Shown here: piece after piece, positions 1-11,900 of the stretch
Numbering within the stretch: the first letter of the stretch is position 1
Layout of the letters: every line of letters begins with the position of its first letter
Assembly (NCBI GenBank): GCA_014905635.1
Contig: JABVCE010000012.1
Span: 558,001-622,000, forward strand
Length of the DNA: 64,000 bases
Source of the DNA: Scenedesmus sp. PABB004
Lineage: Eukaryota
Direction of reading: 5' to 3'
Made by a program: the position numbers and the translations under genes
Notes under the pieces: generated by a model
Database searches by the model: none
Seen by the model: the letters and a program-made list of their open reading frames with translations, nothing else
What the model was told of the DNA's origin: nothing

Positions 1-426
1 CCAGCGGCGCCCGGGCCGCGCAGGCCCAGCGGCCCACGCGACGCGCCCGCCCGCCGCGCACCGCCGGAGCCCCCGCCGCCCGCAGCGGGCGCCGCGCAGC
101 GCTGCCCGCCCGCTGCTGCCCTCCCCGCCTGCCCGCGCGCGGCTCGCCTGGTGCTGCGCTGGGCGGCACGGCCTGGTCTCCAGGCGTCCGCAGGCCCGCG
201 CCCCGCCTGGCCAGGGGCGCGCGGCGGGCGGGGGCGGCCGCTGGGCGGCGCAGCGCGTGCGGGAGCTGTGTCGGCCGCGGCTGGTGCTTGTGCGTGTGCG
301 CGTGTGGCAGGGGGGCTGAAGGCTGCGGCTGTGGGTGGCGGCGGGGCGGCGCGCGCGGGGGCCTCCTCGGCGGCGGCGCAGGCAGGCGGTCGGGCGGCGC
401 CTGCGCCCTGGGCCCTGCACCGCCGC
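1..426 (-). repeat. F-box/ankyrin cassette copy A (partial: upstream region, non-coding exon and start of 5'UTR intron; the rest lies left of the window)
   Basis: Co-linear by eye with the upstream regions of copies B, E and F: GCCCTGGGCCCTGCACCGCCGC at ~405-426, TGTGCGTGTG..GGGGGGCTGA block, CCTGGCCAGGGGCGCGC, and CTCGC|CTGG (the GC donor read on the minus strand). Begins about 60 nt after the TASH3 stop. Confidence 0.85.
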
Positions 427-486
427 TCGCCGCGGCCGGGGCACGGCTCGGGCGGTCGCGGTCGCGGGCTGTTGCAGTCGCGCGCG

Positions 487-3400
487 TCAGAACTGCTCGA
501 CGTCGACGTACGTCGCGGGCACGAGGCCGCGCGCGCCGTCGCCGTCGCGCACGACCGTGTACCAGCCGTCCACCTCCGCCTCCACCCACAGCCCGTCCCC
601 GACCGCGACGCTGAGCTCGCCCTCCGCCTCGGCGTCAAACGCGTACAGCACGCGCACCTGGCGGGCGCGGCGGCAGGGGCGGGGGGGGGGGGGGGGGCGT
701 CGGTCGGCAGGGGCGGGGGCGGACCGGCGGCCCGCGCGGCGCGGCGCGCGCGGCGCGCGGGCGGGCGGGCGGGGCGGGGGCGGGGCGCTGCGCAAGCGAG
801 CGGGCTGCGCGCGGGCGCCGCCGCCGCCGCCGCGCCTTGGTCGGCTGGTACCGGTACCCCTCCTCGCCGCCGCCGCCGCCCGCGAGCGACGCTGCGTCGG
901 GTGAGCCCGGCCCGCCGCCGCCGAGGCCGCCGCCGCCCGGGCCGCGCGGCGTCGGCGCCGCCGCCGCGGCGCCGGGCGACGCCGGCACCGCGAGCGGCGT
1001 CGCGGCGGCGGCGGGCGCGCTGCTGGCGCCGCCGCCGCCCACGGCGTGCCGGCGCAGCGCCTCGAGCTTGTCCAGCCCCGCCAGCACGCGGTCAGCCATT
1101 TGCCGCCGCATTGCGCGCGCGTCGCCGGCGAGCTGCGGCGCGGCGCGGCGCGGCGCGGTGTGTGCTGTGTGGGCGCGGGCGGCGCGCGGGCGGCGTGCGC
1201 GCGGGTGCCCGGCCCGCTGCGCGTGGGCGCGCGCACGTGCAGCGCGTCGAGCTGCGTGAGCGCGGCGCCGAGGCTCTCGCGCAGGTGGAGGTACTGCGGC
1301 TGGTTGAAGGCGCCGCCGCCCCGCGACGCCGCGTCCAGCGCGTCCACCTGTGGCGCACGTGCGCGCGCGCCGCGGGCCGGCGGCGTGAGCGGCGAGCGCA
1401 CTTTGTCCGAGCACGGGCGTCAGCGCGGGCGCGCACGCGCGGGCGCGCGCAGGGCGCCGCAGGCACCTGCGCCAGCGCGGTGTCAACCTCGCCGCCCTGC
1501 TGCGCGACGAGCGCGACCATGCGCGCCGCGGTCGCGGCGTCGACGTCGCCCCCGACGCCGCCGTCGTCGGCGGACGAGCGCCTGTCGGCGGCGGGGCAGC
1601 AGGGCGACGTCGGCTCAGCGGCGAGCGCGGGCCGAGGGCGGCGGCGGCGGCGGCGGCCAGGTGCAACCCCCAACGCCCCACGCCCACGCCCACGCACGAG
1701 CCCGCGCGCACCTCGCGCCGCGCGCGCCGCGCTGGCGCGGCGCGCCGAAGGTCGACGACGACGCCTCGCTGTCGGCCGTGCTCACGCGCGTGCGGAGCCG
1801 CATCGATGACCTGCCGGGGGGGGGGGGGGCAGCGGCGCGGGGCGGCGTGGGCGGCGCCAGGCGCGGCGCGCGCTGCGCACGCCCTCTCTCGGGCTCCGCC
1901 CTGCCCCCGATCCAACGCACCCCCCCCCCCCACACACACTACACACACAACACAAGACGCCCAACACGCCCCAGCACGCCCCCCTCACCGCGCGAGGAAT
2001 GCGTTGTAGTCGGCCGCGCCCTCCGCCTGCGTCTGCGCCCCGCTCACGCTGCTGCGCCCCGCCAGGCTCAGCGCGTCGCTCTCCTCCTCCTCCTCAGCGA
2101 CCTGCGCGTGTGCCCCCGGCGGCATGCGGCGCGCGGCGCTGGGCGGCGGCGCGGCGGGCGCAGGAGGCCTGGCCCGGCGCGGGGCGCGGCGCGGTGCGGT
2201 GCGGTGCAGGCGCGGTGTGCGCGGGCGCATGCGGTGTGCGCGTGCGCGCCTGGACGTAGGTCTTGGGCACGAGGCCGCGCTCGCCGTCGGCCTTGGCGAC
2301 CTGCAGCCACCCGCCGACCTCGTACTCCACCGACACCACCTCGCCCACCGAGATGGACACCTGCCGCCGTCGCGCGGCGGCGGCAGAGCGGGGGCCGGCG
2401 CTCGGCGCGCGCGGCGGCGCTCGAAGGGCGCGGCCGCGCTCGCAGGGCGCGCGGCGGCGCGCTCGGAGGGCGCGCCGCGCGCCGGCGCCGGCGCGGCGCC
2501 CTGCCCCCGCCCTGGCCCTGCGGGCCTCCCTCTCTCGTCGCCTGCCCCCTGCGCCGCACCTCGTCCTCCTCCTCCGCGTCAAACGCATACAGCGCCGTCC
2601 CGCGGCGCACCACGACGTCGCTGTCGTCGTCGCTGCCCGCGCCTGCCGGCCGCGCGCGCGCGCGCGCCCGCCCCGGCGGCGGCGGCGGCCGCGGCGCGTC
2701 AGCCAGCCGGCGCGCGGCGCGGCGCGGCACGCCGCACAGCGCGCTCCTCAGCGCCCCCGCCCCCAGGCCGGCCCCTGGCCGCGCCGCGCACCCGGCTCGC
2801 GCGCGGCGTAGTCGTCGGCGTAGTCCAGCTGGCTGACCGAGTCGTCCGGGTACTCCTCCTCGGGCGGCTGCGCCGAGGGGTCGTAGTCGTACCCCGGCAG
2901 CCGCTCCAGCAGCGCCGCCTGCTTGTCCGCCGCGCCGCTGCGGCGGCGAGGACGGGGACGGCGGGGACGGCGGCGGTGAGCGGCGGCGCGCAGGCGGCGG
3001 CGCGCGGCGGCGCGCATGGGGCAGCGCGGCGACGCACCGCGGGCTGCCGCCGTCGCTGCTGCCGGCGTAGCGCCGCGCCGGCTCCTCCGCCGCGGCGGCC
3101 GCTTCGCCGCGCGGCGGCTGCTCCGCCGCGCCCGGCTCGGCGCCCGCGGCGGCCGCGGCTGCGGCCGCCGCTTCGTCCGCTGCGGCCTGCTTCTGCCGCC
3201 GCCGCTCCTCCTCGTCCTCTGCGCGGGCGGGCGGGCGGGCGAGCGGGCGGCGCGCGCGCGGGCGGCGGCGGCGGCGCGCTCGGGGCGCGCTCGGGGCACG
3301 GCGGCCGCGGCCGCAGCAGCGCGGCGGACGCGGCGGGCGCACACCGTCGGGGCCGGTGATCAGCTGCTTCGCCGCGGCGCCGAGCGGCCAGAAGTGCTCG

Positions 3401-6400
3401 CGCGGCACGAAGCACACGCGCTCGCCGATCGCGGACAGCAGCGCCGCGTTGCGCGCCTCGAGGTTGCGCAGGAGCTTCTTGGGCCACTTGCCCCGCCGCG
3501 GGCCGTAGCGTGCGAGCAGCTGCTCCACCACCAGCACGCCGGCATACATGTGGTCCAGCACCTCCAGCGCCGGCCCCGCGACCGCGGCGACGCCGAGCGG
3601 GTCGGCCGCGGCGCCCTCGGCCGCGGCGGCGGCGGCCGCCGCCGCCGCGCCGCCGCTGCCGCCGCCGCGCCGCCGCGCGGCGGGGCCGCCGCGGCTCGCG
3701 CTGCGGCTGCGGTGCGCGATGCTGCCGCCGGCGGCGGTCGCGAGGATGGCGTAGCACTGCACCCGGAACGGCTCGCCGCTGCGCACCGCAATCTTGGCCA
3801 GCGCCTGCGCGGCCGCGGCCAAGGTGGCGCGCTGAGCCGCGACCGGCGCGGCGCGGCGCGGCGCGGCGCGGCGCCCCAGGCGCGGGCCCTCGTCACCGAC
3901 CCACCTGCGCCGCGGCGAGGCGCAGCTCCCAGCCGCCGGAGACGAGCACGCGCTGCAGGCGCGCGATGAGCAGCGCCAGCACCGGGTTGGCCGCGACCGC
4001 GGCGGCCGCGAGCTGCGCCTGGCTCGCGCCGTCGGCGTCCGCGAGCGCCGCCACGAGCGCCGGCGGCGGCGGTGATGGCGTCCACGCGTACTCGTTGCAC
4101 CCAAAGTTGGCGTTCTCGCCGAGCCACCACGCGGCGGAGCTGGCCGCGGCGGCGGCGACGGCGCGGCGGCGACGGCGCGGCGGCGGGGCGCGTCGGTCAG
4201 CGTCGGTCGGCCGCGGGCGCGCCGCCGGCCCCGTGCCGGCCGGGCCGCGGGCGCGCCGGCGCCGCGGGGGCGCCCTCCCCCGGCCTCACCGCGAGAGGGC
4301 GACCATCGCCGCCTCCTCCCTGCTCGCGAGGGCCTTGACCTCGGGCGCGGCCGCGCTCGGCGGCGCGGCGATGGGCGGCGTGGGGGCGCACATCAGCGCG
4401 AGCGCTGCCTGCAGCCCCGCGAGCTTGATGCCCGGAACGTTGGCGCTGCGCGCGGCGCAGGGCACGGGGTCAGCCTCAGCCGCGCCGTCGGCGCGGCACG
4501 CGGCGCCGTCCGAGCCGCTGCTGCTCCCGCCCGCGGCGCGCCCCGCTGGGGCTCTCACCGCAGGCAGACGTCCCACAGGCCGTGCAGCTGCTCCTGGCGC
4601 ATGCGGCTCGGCGCGGCGCTCGCGGCGGCCGCGGCGCACGCGAGCAGGTGCGCCGCCGCGGCGGGCGCGGAGAGCAGGCGGCGCGCGAGCGTGTGCATGA
4701 AGGCAGCCACCACGTCCTCCGGCCACGGGTCGGCAAAGATGGCCCGCACCGCGGCCGACACCGTGCCGCCGCCTGCCGGCCGCGCGCGCGGCCCGGGCGG
4801 GAGGGGCAGCCGGCGTGGGCGGGGAGATTGGGGGCGGGCGGGTGGGCGGGGGCGAAGGCGAGCGCGCTCGGCAGCGGCGGCGGCGGCGGCGGTCGCGGTC
4901 GCGGCGCGCGCGCACCGCTGCTCATCCAGCGCGCGATGTCGCGCGGCGCCAGCGGCGGCGGCGGCCCGCGCGAGCCCGCCGGCAGCGCGCTGAACCAGAG
5001 CAGCGCCTCCATGGCCTTCTCGCGCTGGTGTGCGCTGAAGCCTGCGCGGCACGTGCGGCGGCAGCGGCGGGCCCCTAAGCGGCGCCCGGGCCAGGCGAGG
5101 GCAGGCGCCGCGCGCGCACGCAAGCGGCGCCCCGCCGGCGCACCCGGGTCGCTGGCGATCGCCGCCATGCGCTCCTGCAGCGCCGCCATGCCGTCGACCA
5201 GCTCCGCGTCGCCCATCGCGGCGGCGCGGTCGGCGGCGCTGCGCGCCGCGGCCAGCGCGTGCGCGCGCGCCTCGGCCAGCACCGCGACGGCCCGCGTCGC
5301 GCTGCGGGCGGGCAGGCGGCGGCGGCGGGCGGGGGCGTCAGGCGTGCTCGCTCGAGGGCGGCGGCGCGGCGCAGCTCGGCGAAGCGCACCTGCAGATCGC
5401 GGCGTGGCTCATCTGGCCGAGGCAGGTGAGCAGGCGGGAGACGATCGCGCCAAAGAGCGTCGTCGTGGCGGGCGCGCCGCCGCCGTCGCCGCCCTCCGCG
5501 GCGGCGGCGCCGCCCGCGCCCAGCGACGCGAGGCGGCGCAGCGACGCGCTCTCCTCCACCGAGCGCGCCGTCCTGCGCGGGCGGGCAGCGGCGGCGGCTC
5601 AATATGCAGCACCCTGCCCCGGCCCCGCCCGGTCCTGGCGGCCCGCACGGCCAAACCGTTGTCCCTGGCACGCTGATCCGCGGCCAGGGAGGGGCCGCCC
5701 GCCCTCGGCGGGGCCTGCACCAGCCGCGGGTGCGTGTGGCCCGCGGCGCAGCGCCATGCCTGATTCTTTTGGGGGGAAGCAAGCGCCCAAGACCCCTTCC
5801 CAGCCATTGCTGCCAAGTGACTGGCCAGTGCAACTCTAGTTTAGGGTTTAGAGGTTGGTGTGGAAACCTTCTCAACCTTTTCGGTGGCTGCAGCGGCCAA
5901 CAAGCCGGCCGGGTGCGTGCCCGCCGCACGCGCGCGCGCGGCCTGTATCCCCTCCGCCGGCCCCGGGGGGTCGGGGACGGTTGCGTCATGCCACGTCAGC
6001 GTTATGTGCGCAAACTAACAACCAACTCGCACAACCCACATAACACACCCCCACCCGGCCCCAGCGCGCCCCCCGGCGCACCTGGAGATGGTGAACTGCT
6101 TGGGCGCCGCTGCGGCGGCCGCCGCGGCCGCGGTCGCCGCCGCGGCAGCCGCGCCGGCTGCGCCCGGCGCCTCGTCGTCCGCGTGCGCGGCGAGCAGCTG
6201 CCACGACATCGCGAACCGCACCCGCGCGTCCGCCTCAGCGTGCTCGTCCGGGAGCTGCACCGGGCGCCGACCGCCGGCGCCGCCCGCGGCGCCGCCGGCC
6301 GCGGCGGGCGAGGCCGCCGACGGCGACAGCGTCGCCGCGACGGGGAAGGGCGCGCCGGCGAGGGCCTTGATCGCCTCCATGGCCACGATGGTGGACTTGT

Positions 6401-8542
6401 CGCAGCACGCCAGCAGCACCAGCATCTCCCAGAACGGCGCGGCGTTGCCTGCCGCGGCGCGCGCGGGGAGAGACGGGGCGCGGCGGGCTCGGCGCGGCCC
6501 GCGGGCGGCGCGCACGCGCGGGGCGGCCGCCCCGCGCCCCCGCGCGCCCCGCGTGCACGGCCGCCGCCGCGCCGCCGCGGCAGCCGCGGCCGCGCCGCGC
6601 AGCGCGGGCGGGCGCGGCGCGCGCGGCGCGCACCCACGCCCGCGTGAACGACCGCGCCGCAGCCGCGCGCGAGGTAGAGGCGCGCCCAGGCGTCGCTGAG
6701 GTTGAGGCTTTTCTCCTGGAACAGCTCCTTGGTCGGCCGCAGCGGCGCGGGCATGCCCTCTGACGCGGCGGCCGCGATCGCGGCGGCCTGCTCCGCGCCG
6801 CCCAGGCTGCCTGCGCCGCGCCGCGGGGAGGGAGGGAGAGCGGCGCAGGGCAGGTGAGAGGGAGCGAGAGGGTGGGCGGGCGGGCGAGAGCCGCGACGCC
6901 TCGGCGCCGGCCGCGCCGCCGCGGGCGCGCTCTGGGCGCCGCGGCGGCCCGGCGCCGCGCGCTGCTGCGCACCCGTGGTGCGGTAGATTTCGAGCGTGTT
7001 GGCCACCAGCTGCCGCATCTGGTCCGCAAACATGCCCGGCATGTCCCGCGCCGCGAGCGCCGCCACGGCGAGCGCGTGCCGCGCGCACGTCGCGTCGGGC
7101 GAGTTGACCTGGCGCGGCGCGGCGCGGCGCAGCGCGGCGCGGCGGGCGGGACGGCCGGCGGTGAGGCGCGCGCAGCCGGCGGCGCTGCGCGCCGCCGCCG
7201 CGCGCTGCCGCCGCGCCGCACCCCGCCAAACGCGCGCGGCGCGATCTTGCTGGCGAGCACAAAGCCCGGCAGGCCCACGCGCGCGGCCGAGAGCGCGACG
7301 CGCTGCGCCGCGACGCGCTCGAGCGCGGCGCGGCGCTCGGCCTCGCGCGGCTTCTTGCCCTCGCCGATGCCGAACGGCAGCCGCCGCCGCCGCGCCGCCT
7401 CGGCGCGGTCGAGCGTCGTCGCGACGGCGGCCATGAGCGCCGACACGAGGCTGAGGTCGTCGGGGTCGCTCTCGAGGCTCGACCGCGCGAGCGCGCCGAG
7501 CGCGCGGAACGCCGCCGCGCGCTGGTAGTGGCTCGCCGCCTCGCTCTTCGCGTCCGCCCAGAGCGGCTCCAGCGCGCCGTACTCAAACGTGTCGGTCGCG
7601 CTCGGCGCCAGCGCCTGGCCTGCGGCGGCGCGCGGACGCGTGCGCGGGCGCGCGGGCGCGCCGGCGGCGAGCAACGAGCGGGTCAGGTGGGAGCTGCGGG
7701 CGCGACGCGGATGCTGCCGCTGCGCCCGCCGCTGCGCCCGCAGCCGCTGCGCCCGCCGCTGCTGCACCCGCGCCTGCCCCCGCCCGCTCCTGGCCCCGCC
7801 CGCTGATGCGGCCGCCGCCATTGCGGCCGCCGCCACTGCGCCCGCTGCTGGGCTCCTGCTCCTGCTCCCGCCACCGCGCCGCGCCCCGCCCCGCCGCGCC
7901 GCGCACCGCCGAGCGTCGAGAACGGGACGACCGTGCCCGCGCTGCCCGGCCCCGCTGCGAGCTGGATGAGGTAGCTCACGACGCGCAGCAGCTTGCGGTC
8001 GACCGACTTGGGCATGTCGGCGCGCGTGCGCGCGGTGACGAGCATGGGCAGGATGCTGGGCGGCAGCGCGCCAAAGAGCGCGAGCCGCGTGAGCAGCTTG
8101 CTCACGACCTCCTTCGTCGCGCCCTCGCCGCCGCCCAGCGCGTGTGCTGGCGGGGGGAGGCGGGGCGCGGGCGCGGCGGGGGAGCGGCGGGTTGAGAGGG
8201 CGCGGCGGCGGCGCGCACGCGGCGCAGCAGCAGCGGCGGGCGCGCGCCCGCGCCGCGGCCCGCCCCGCGCCGCGCTGCCGGCGCCGCCGCGGCCACGCCC
8301 AGCTCGGCGGCGCCGCGTGGTACGGCGGCGCGCGCGGGGCCCGGGGGGCTCCCGGGGCAGCGGTTGGGTGCTGCTGCTGCCGATCGCCTGGCCCCCTCAC
8401 CCAGCGCGCGCGCCACGTCGGCGAAGGAGAGCGCCTCGCTGCGGGAGAGCTTGCCGCGCACGTAGTTGTTGAGGTTGGGCACCAGCTCCTCGCCCCGGGC
8501 CGGCTGCGCGAGCGCCGCGCCGGGCGACGCCGGGGTCTGCAT
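487..8542 (-). CDS. TASH3: TPLATE/TSET complex large subunit TASH3 (TSAUCER) homolog, multi-exon, with C-terminal SH3 - BAG-like - SH3 region
   Basis: Spliced exons give ALAKIAVRSGEPFRVQCYAIL and LEVLDHMY...KWPKKLLRNL..RNAALL...CFVPREHFWPLGAAAKQLI, matching my recollection of plant TASH3 motifs (AIRSGEP.RLQIY; VLDEMY...PR.KYLPLG...AKLI). Two clear SH3 domains: ALYAFDAEEEDE/ISISVGE..GGW..GERGLVPKTYV (~2251-2620) and VLYAFDAEAEGELSV..DGWY..ARGLVPATYV (~490-657). ATG at 8542 (MQTPASP), TGA at 487-489. Internal exon boundaries are approximate. Confidence 0.85.
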
Positions 8543-8929
8543 CGCGGCGGCCGGCTGGAGCCCCTCCCACGCGTCGATCACGCCGCCCCTGCGTGAGGGC
8601 GGCGTGCGCGGACCTGGGTCCTCCGTGCGCGCTCGCGGCAGAAGCGCGCAAAAAACTAACGCGACAGCTGCGCACTGGTCGAGGGCCGGCCCCAGCGCGC
8701 CCCTCCACCGCGCCCGCCACAGACCGGCGCCACTCCGTGCGCAGCGCCGCACCGCGCCCACGCGCCCAGCCGACGCCCGGGCCCGCGCCCGCCCCCGCCC
8801 GCCCCCCGACGCCGCGGCCGCCCGCCCGCTGCCGAGCCGCCCCCCGACCCGATGCCCGCCTGAACGGACCGCGCCGCGCAGCTCTCGCGCGCCCTGCCCG
8901 CCGGGGCTGGCGTGGTTGTTGCCCGCACG

Positions 8930-11900
8930 ATGGCCGGCTTTGCCGACATCCTGGCCTCGCTGGAGGGCGGCACCAAGGCCAAGCTGGCCGCCCTGGACCA
9001 GCTGGCGGTGCGGAGCGGCGACGGGCGGCCTGGCAGGGCCTGGCGGCGCCGGCGCGGCGCGGCGCGGCGCGGCGCCGCTGCTCGCGCCCACGCGGCGGCC
9101 CGTGCGGCACGCAGGACCACGTCTCCGCGCGCGCGGTGTCGCGGGACCAGGTCAGCGCGCTGCTGGACATGTCGGGGCAGCTGCTGGGCGACAACAACTT
9201 CAAGGCGCGGCCGCGCGGCGCCCGGCGGGCGGGCGGCAGGGGGCGGCCGCTGCGCGCCGGCGCTGGCGGCGCGTGGCGGACAGCGGGCGGACGGCCGGCG
9301 GTCGGGCGGCGCAGGCAGCGGCGTGCCGGCCGCGCGGCGCCGGATGGCCGCCGGCCGCCGGCAGCGCGGCGCGGCGTGTGCCGCCAACCGCCGCGCGGCG
9401 CGCCGGTCGCGCGCGCAGGTCGCGCTCAAGCTGCTCAACTGCTGGGAGAGCATCGCCGCCAGCGATCACGACGTCATCCGGCCGTACATGCACGCGCTGC
9501 TGCCGCACACGGTCGAGCGGCTGGGCGACAACCGCCAGGAGGTGCGCCAGGCGGCGTGCAACCTCATGCTGGAGCTGCTGCAGGTGCGGCGTTGCGCGGC
9601 GCGGCGCGCGGGGCGGCGCCGGGCAGCGGCCGCGCCAGCAGCGGCCGTCGCCGCCGCGCTGACTGATCGCCTGCGGCCGGGCGCAGGTGGTGCCGCCGCA
9701 CGTGATGATGGAGAAGCTGGGCCGCTTCTGGGGCCACAAGCACTGGAAGGTGCGCCACGGGCTGCTCCAGTTTGTCGCCGAGGCGGTCGCGACGACGGGC
9801 GAGGCCGCGCTGCTCGCGCCGCGCGACGAGGCGGCCTGGGTGCTGCACAAGGTCATCGCGCTCGTGGGCGACCCGGAGAGGTGCGCGCGCCCCGCAACCG
9901 CGGCGGCGGCGGCGGCGGCGGCGGCACCTCGCAGCGCGCGGGTGCAGCGGGGGGCAGCCCAGCGCGCGGCCGACGCGTCGCCGCCGCCCCGCCGCTGCCC
10001 CGTTCCCCCGCGCAGCGCGGTGCGCGACGCGGCGGTGGAGTGCCTCGAGGAGGTGTACAAGGTCTACGGCGAGGCGCTGGTCGACATCATCGGCCGCCAC
10101 GCGCTGCGCCCGGCGCACCTCAACGCGATCTACGCCCGCCTCGCGCAGATGGGCGCCGACGTCGCGCCGACGCCGACCGCGTCGGGCGGCGGCGCGAGCG
10201 ACCAGGCGAGCCCGCCGCACCACGCCGCCGGCGGCGCGGCGGCCAAGGCGCGCCGCGGCAGCGCGGGTGGCGCCGCGGCGTACGAGGACCCGGACACCGC
10301 GTGCAGCGGCGCGCCCGACACCGGCGTGCTGGAGGAGGAGGAGGAGGCGGCGGCCGAGGAGGAGGAGCAGGAGTACCGCGAGGCCGCGTACGCGCCCGCG
10401 CCGCCGCCCGCGCGGCGGCAGCTGGCGCCGGCGCTCGTGGAGCCAGCCGCGCCGACAGCCAGGCGCGGCGGCTACAAGGTGCGCCGCGCCGCGCCACCGG
10501 CGGCGGCGGCGGCGGCGCTCTGGGGGCCGCGCGCACACGCGGGGCACCAGCGGCCGCCCAACGCCCACGCCGCGCACGCCCCGCGCGCAGGACGGCGGCG
10601 GCGTGGCCGCCGACGGCGGGCTGCCGCCCGTGGCGCCCGTGCACGTGGCCTCGGAGCGCGAGCTGCGCGCCGAGGTCGAGCGCATCGCCGCCACGCTCGG
10701 CCGCGGCCCGCTCGACTGGGAGAAGCGGTGCGCCGCGCGGGCAGCCGGCTGCAGGGGGCGCGCGCTCGCGGCGGCAGTGCAGCGCGCGCGCGCCCCGCCG
10801 GTGCTCGCGGGGCGCCCCTCACCGCGCCCGCGCGCCGGCCGCGCCGCAGCGTCGCGGCGATGGTGCGGCTGGAGGCGCTCGTCAAGGGCGGCGCGGCGGG
10901 CGCGTTTGAGGGCCCCTTTGCCGAGCTGCTGCGGGGGCTGAAGGACCTGATCCTGGAGCAGATGGTCGACCGGCGCTCCGCGGTCGCGCGCCAGGCGGCG
11001 CACCTCATGGAGGTCCTCGCCGCGGGGCTGGGCCCGCGGTTTGAGCCCTACGCCCTGCCCTGCATGGCCGCGCTGTTCAAGGGCCTGGTCATCACCGTGC
11101 AGGCGCGCGCGCGCGCGCGCGTGCTGCGGGGCGGACGCGGCGGCGGGCTGACTGCGGGGCGGGGCGCGGGCGGCGCCGCGGCCGCGGCTGACCACGCCGC
11201 CGCCACCGCCGGCGCGGGCGCGGGCCGCGCCGCGCAGGTCGTCAGCGAGTCGGCCGACCTCGCGGCGCGCGGCATCCTGCACCACTGCCGCGCGCCGCGG
11301 CTCGTGCCGCAGCTGTGCGACATCCTCACCAAGGACCGCAGCGCCAAGCTGCGCAAGCACTGCTCCGCGTTCCTGCTGCAGGCGCGGCGGCGGCGGCCCG
11401 GCGGGCGGGGCGCGCCGCGAGCGCGCAGCGGACACAGCCCACGCCGCTCACGGCTCACGCGCCGCGCCGCGCAGATGGTCGAGGACTGGGAGCCGAGCGA
11501 GTACGGGCACCACCTCGACGCGCTCGAGGCGGCCATCGCGGCGGCGAGCCAGGACGCGCTGAGCGAGACGCGCGCCGCGGGGCGGTCCGCGTTTGCCGCC
11601 TACGCGGCGCAGCTCCCCGACCGCGCGTCCGCGCTGCTGCGCCGCCTCGACGGCGGGCTGCAGCAGAAGCTGCACGAGGCGGTCGCCGCGTACAGCCGCG
11701 GCGCCGCGCAGCAGCTCGGTGAGCGCGCGCACGCTGCGCCGGCGCCGCGGCCCGTGGCACGCCACCGCCGACGCGCGGCCCCCGGCCACTCACCCGCCGC
11801 GCCGCGCCGACCGCAGCACACGTTGTGCCGGAGCGTCGCGCCGAGCGCCCCGCGAGCGCCAAGCCGTGGCGCGCGCCGCGCCCCGCGAGCGCCGCCGAGG

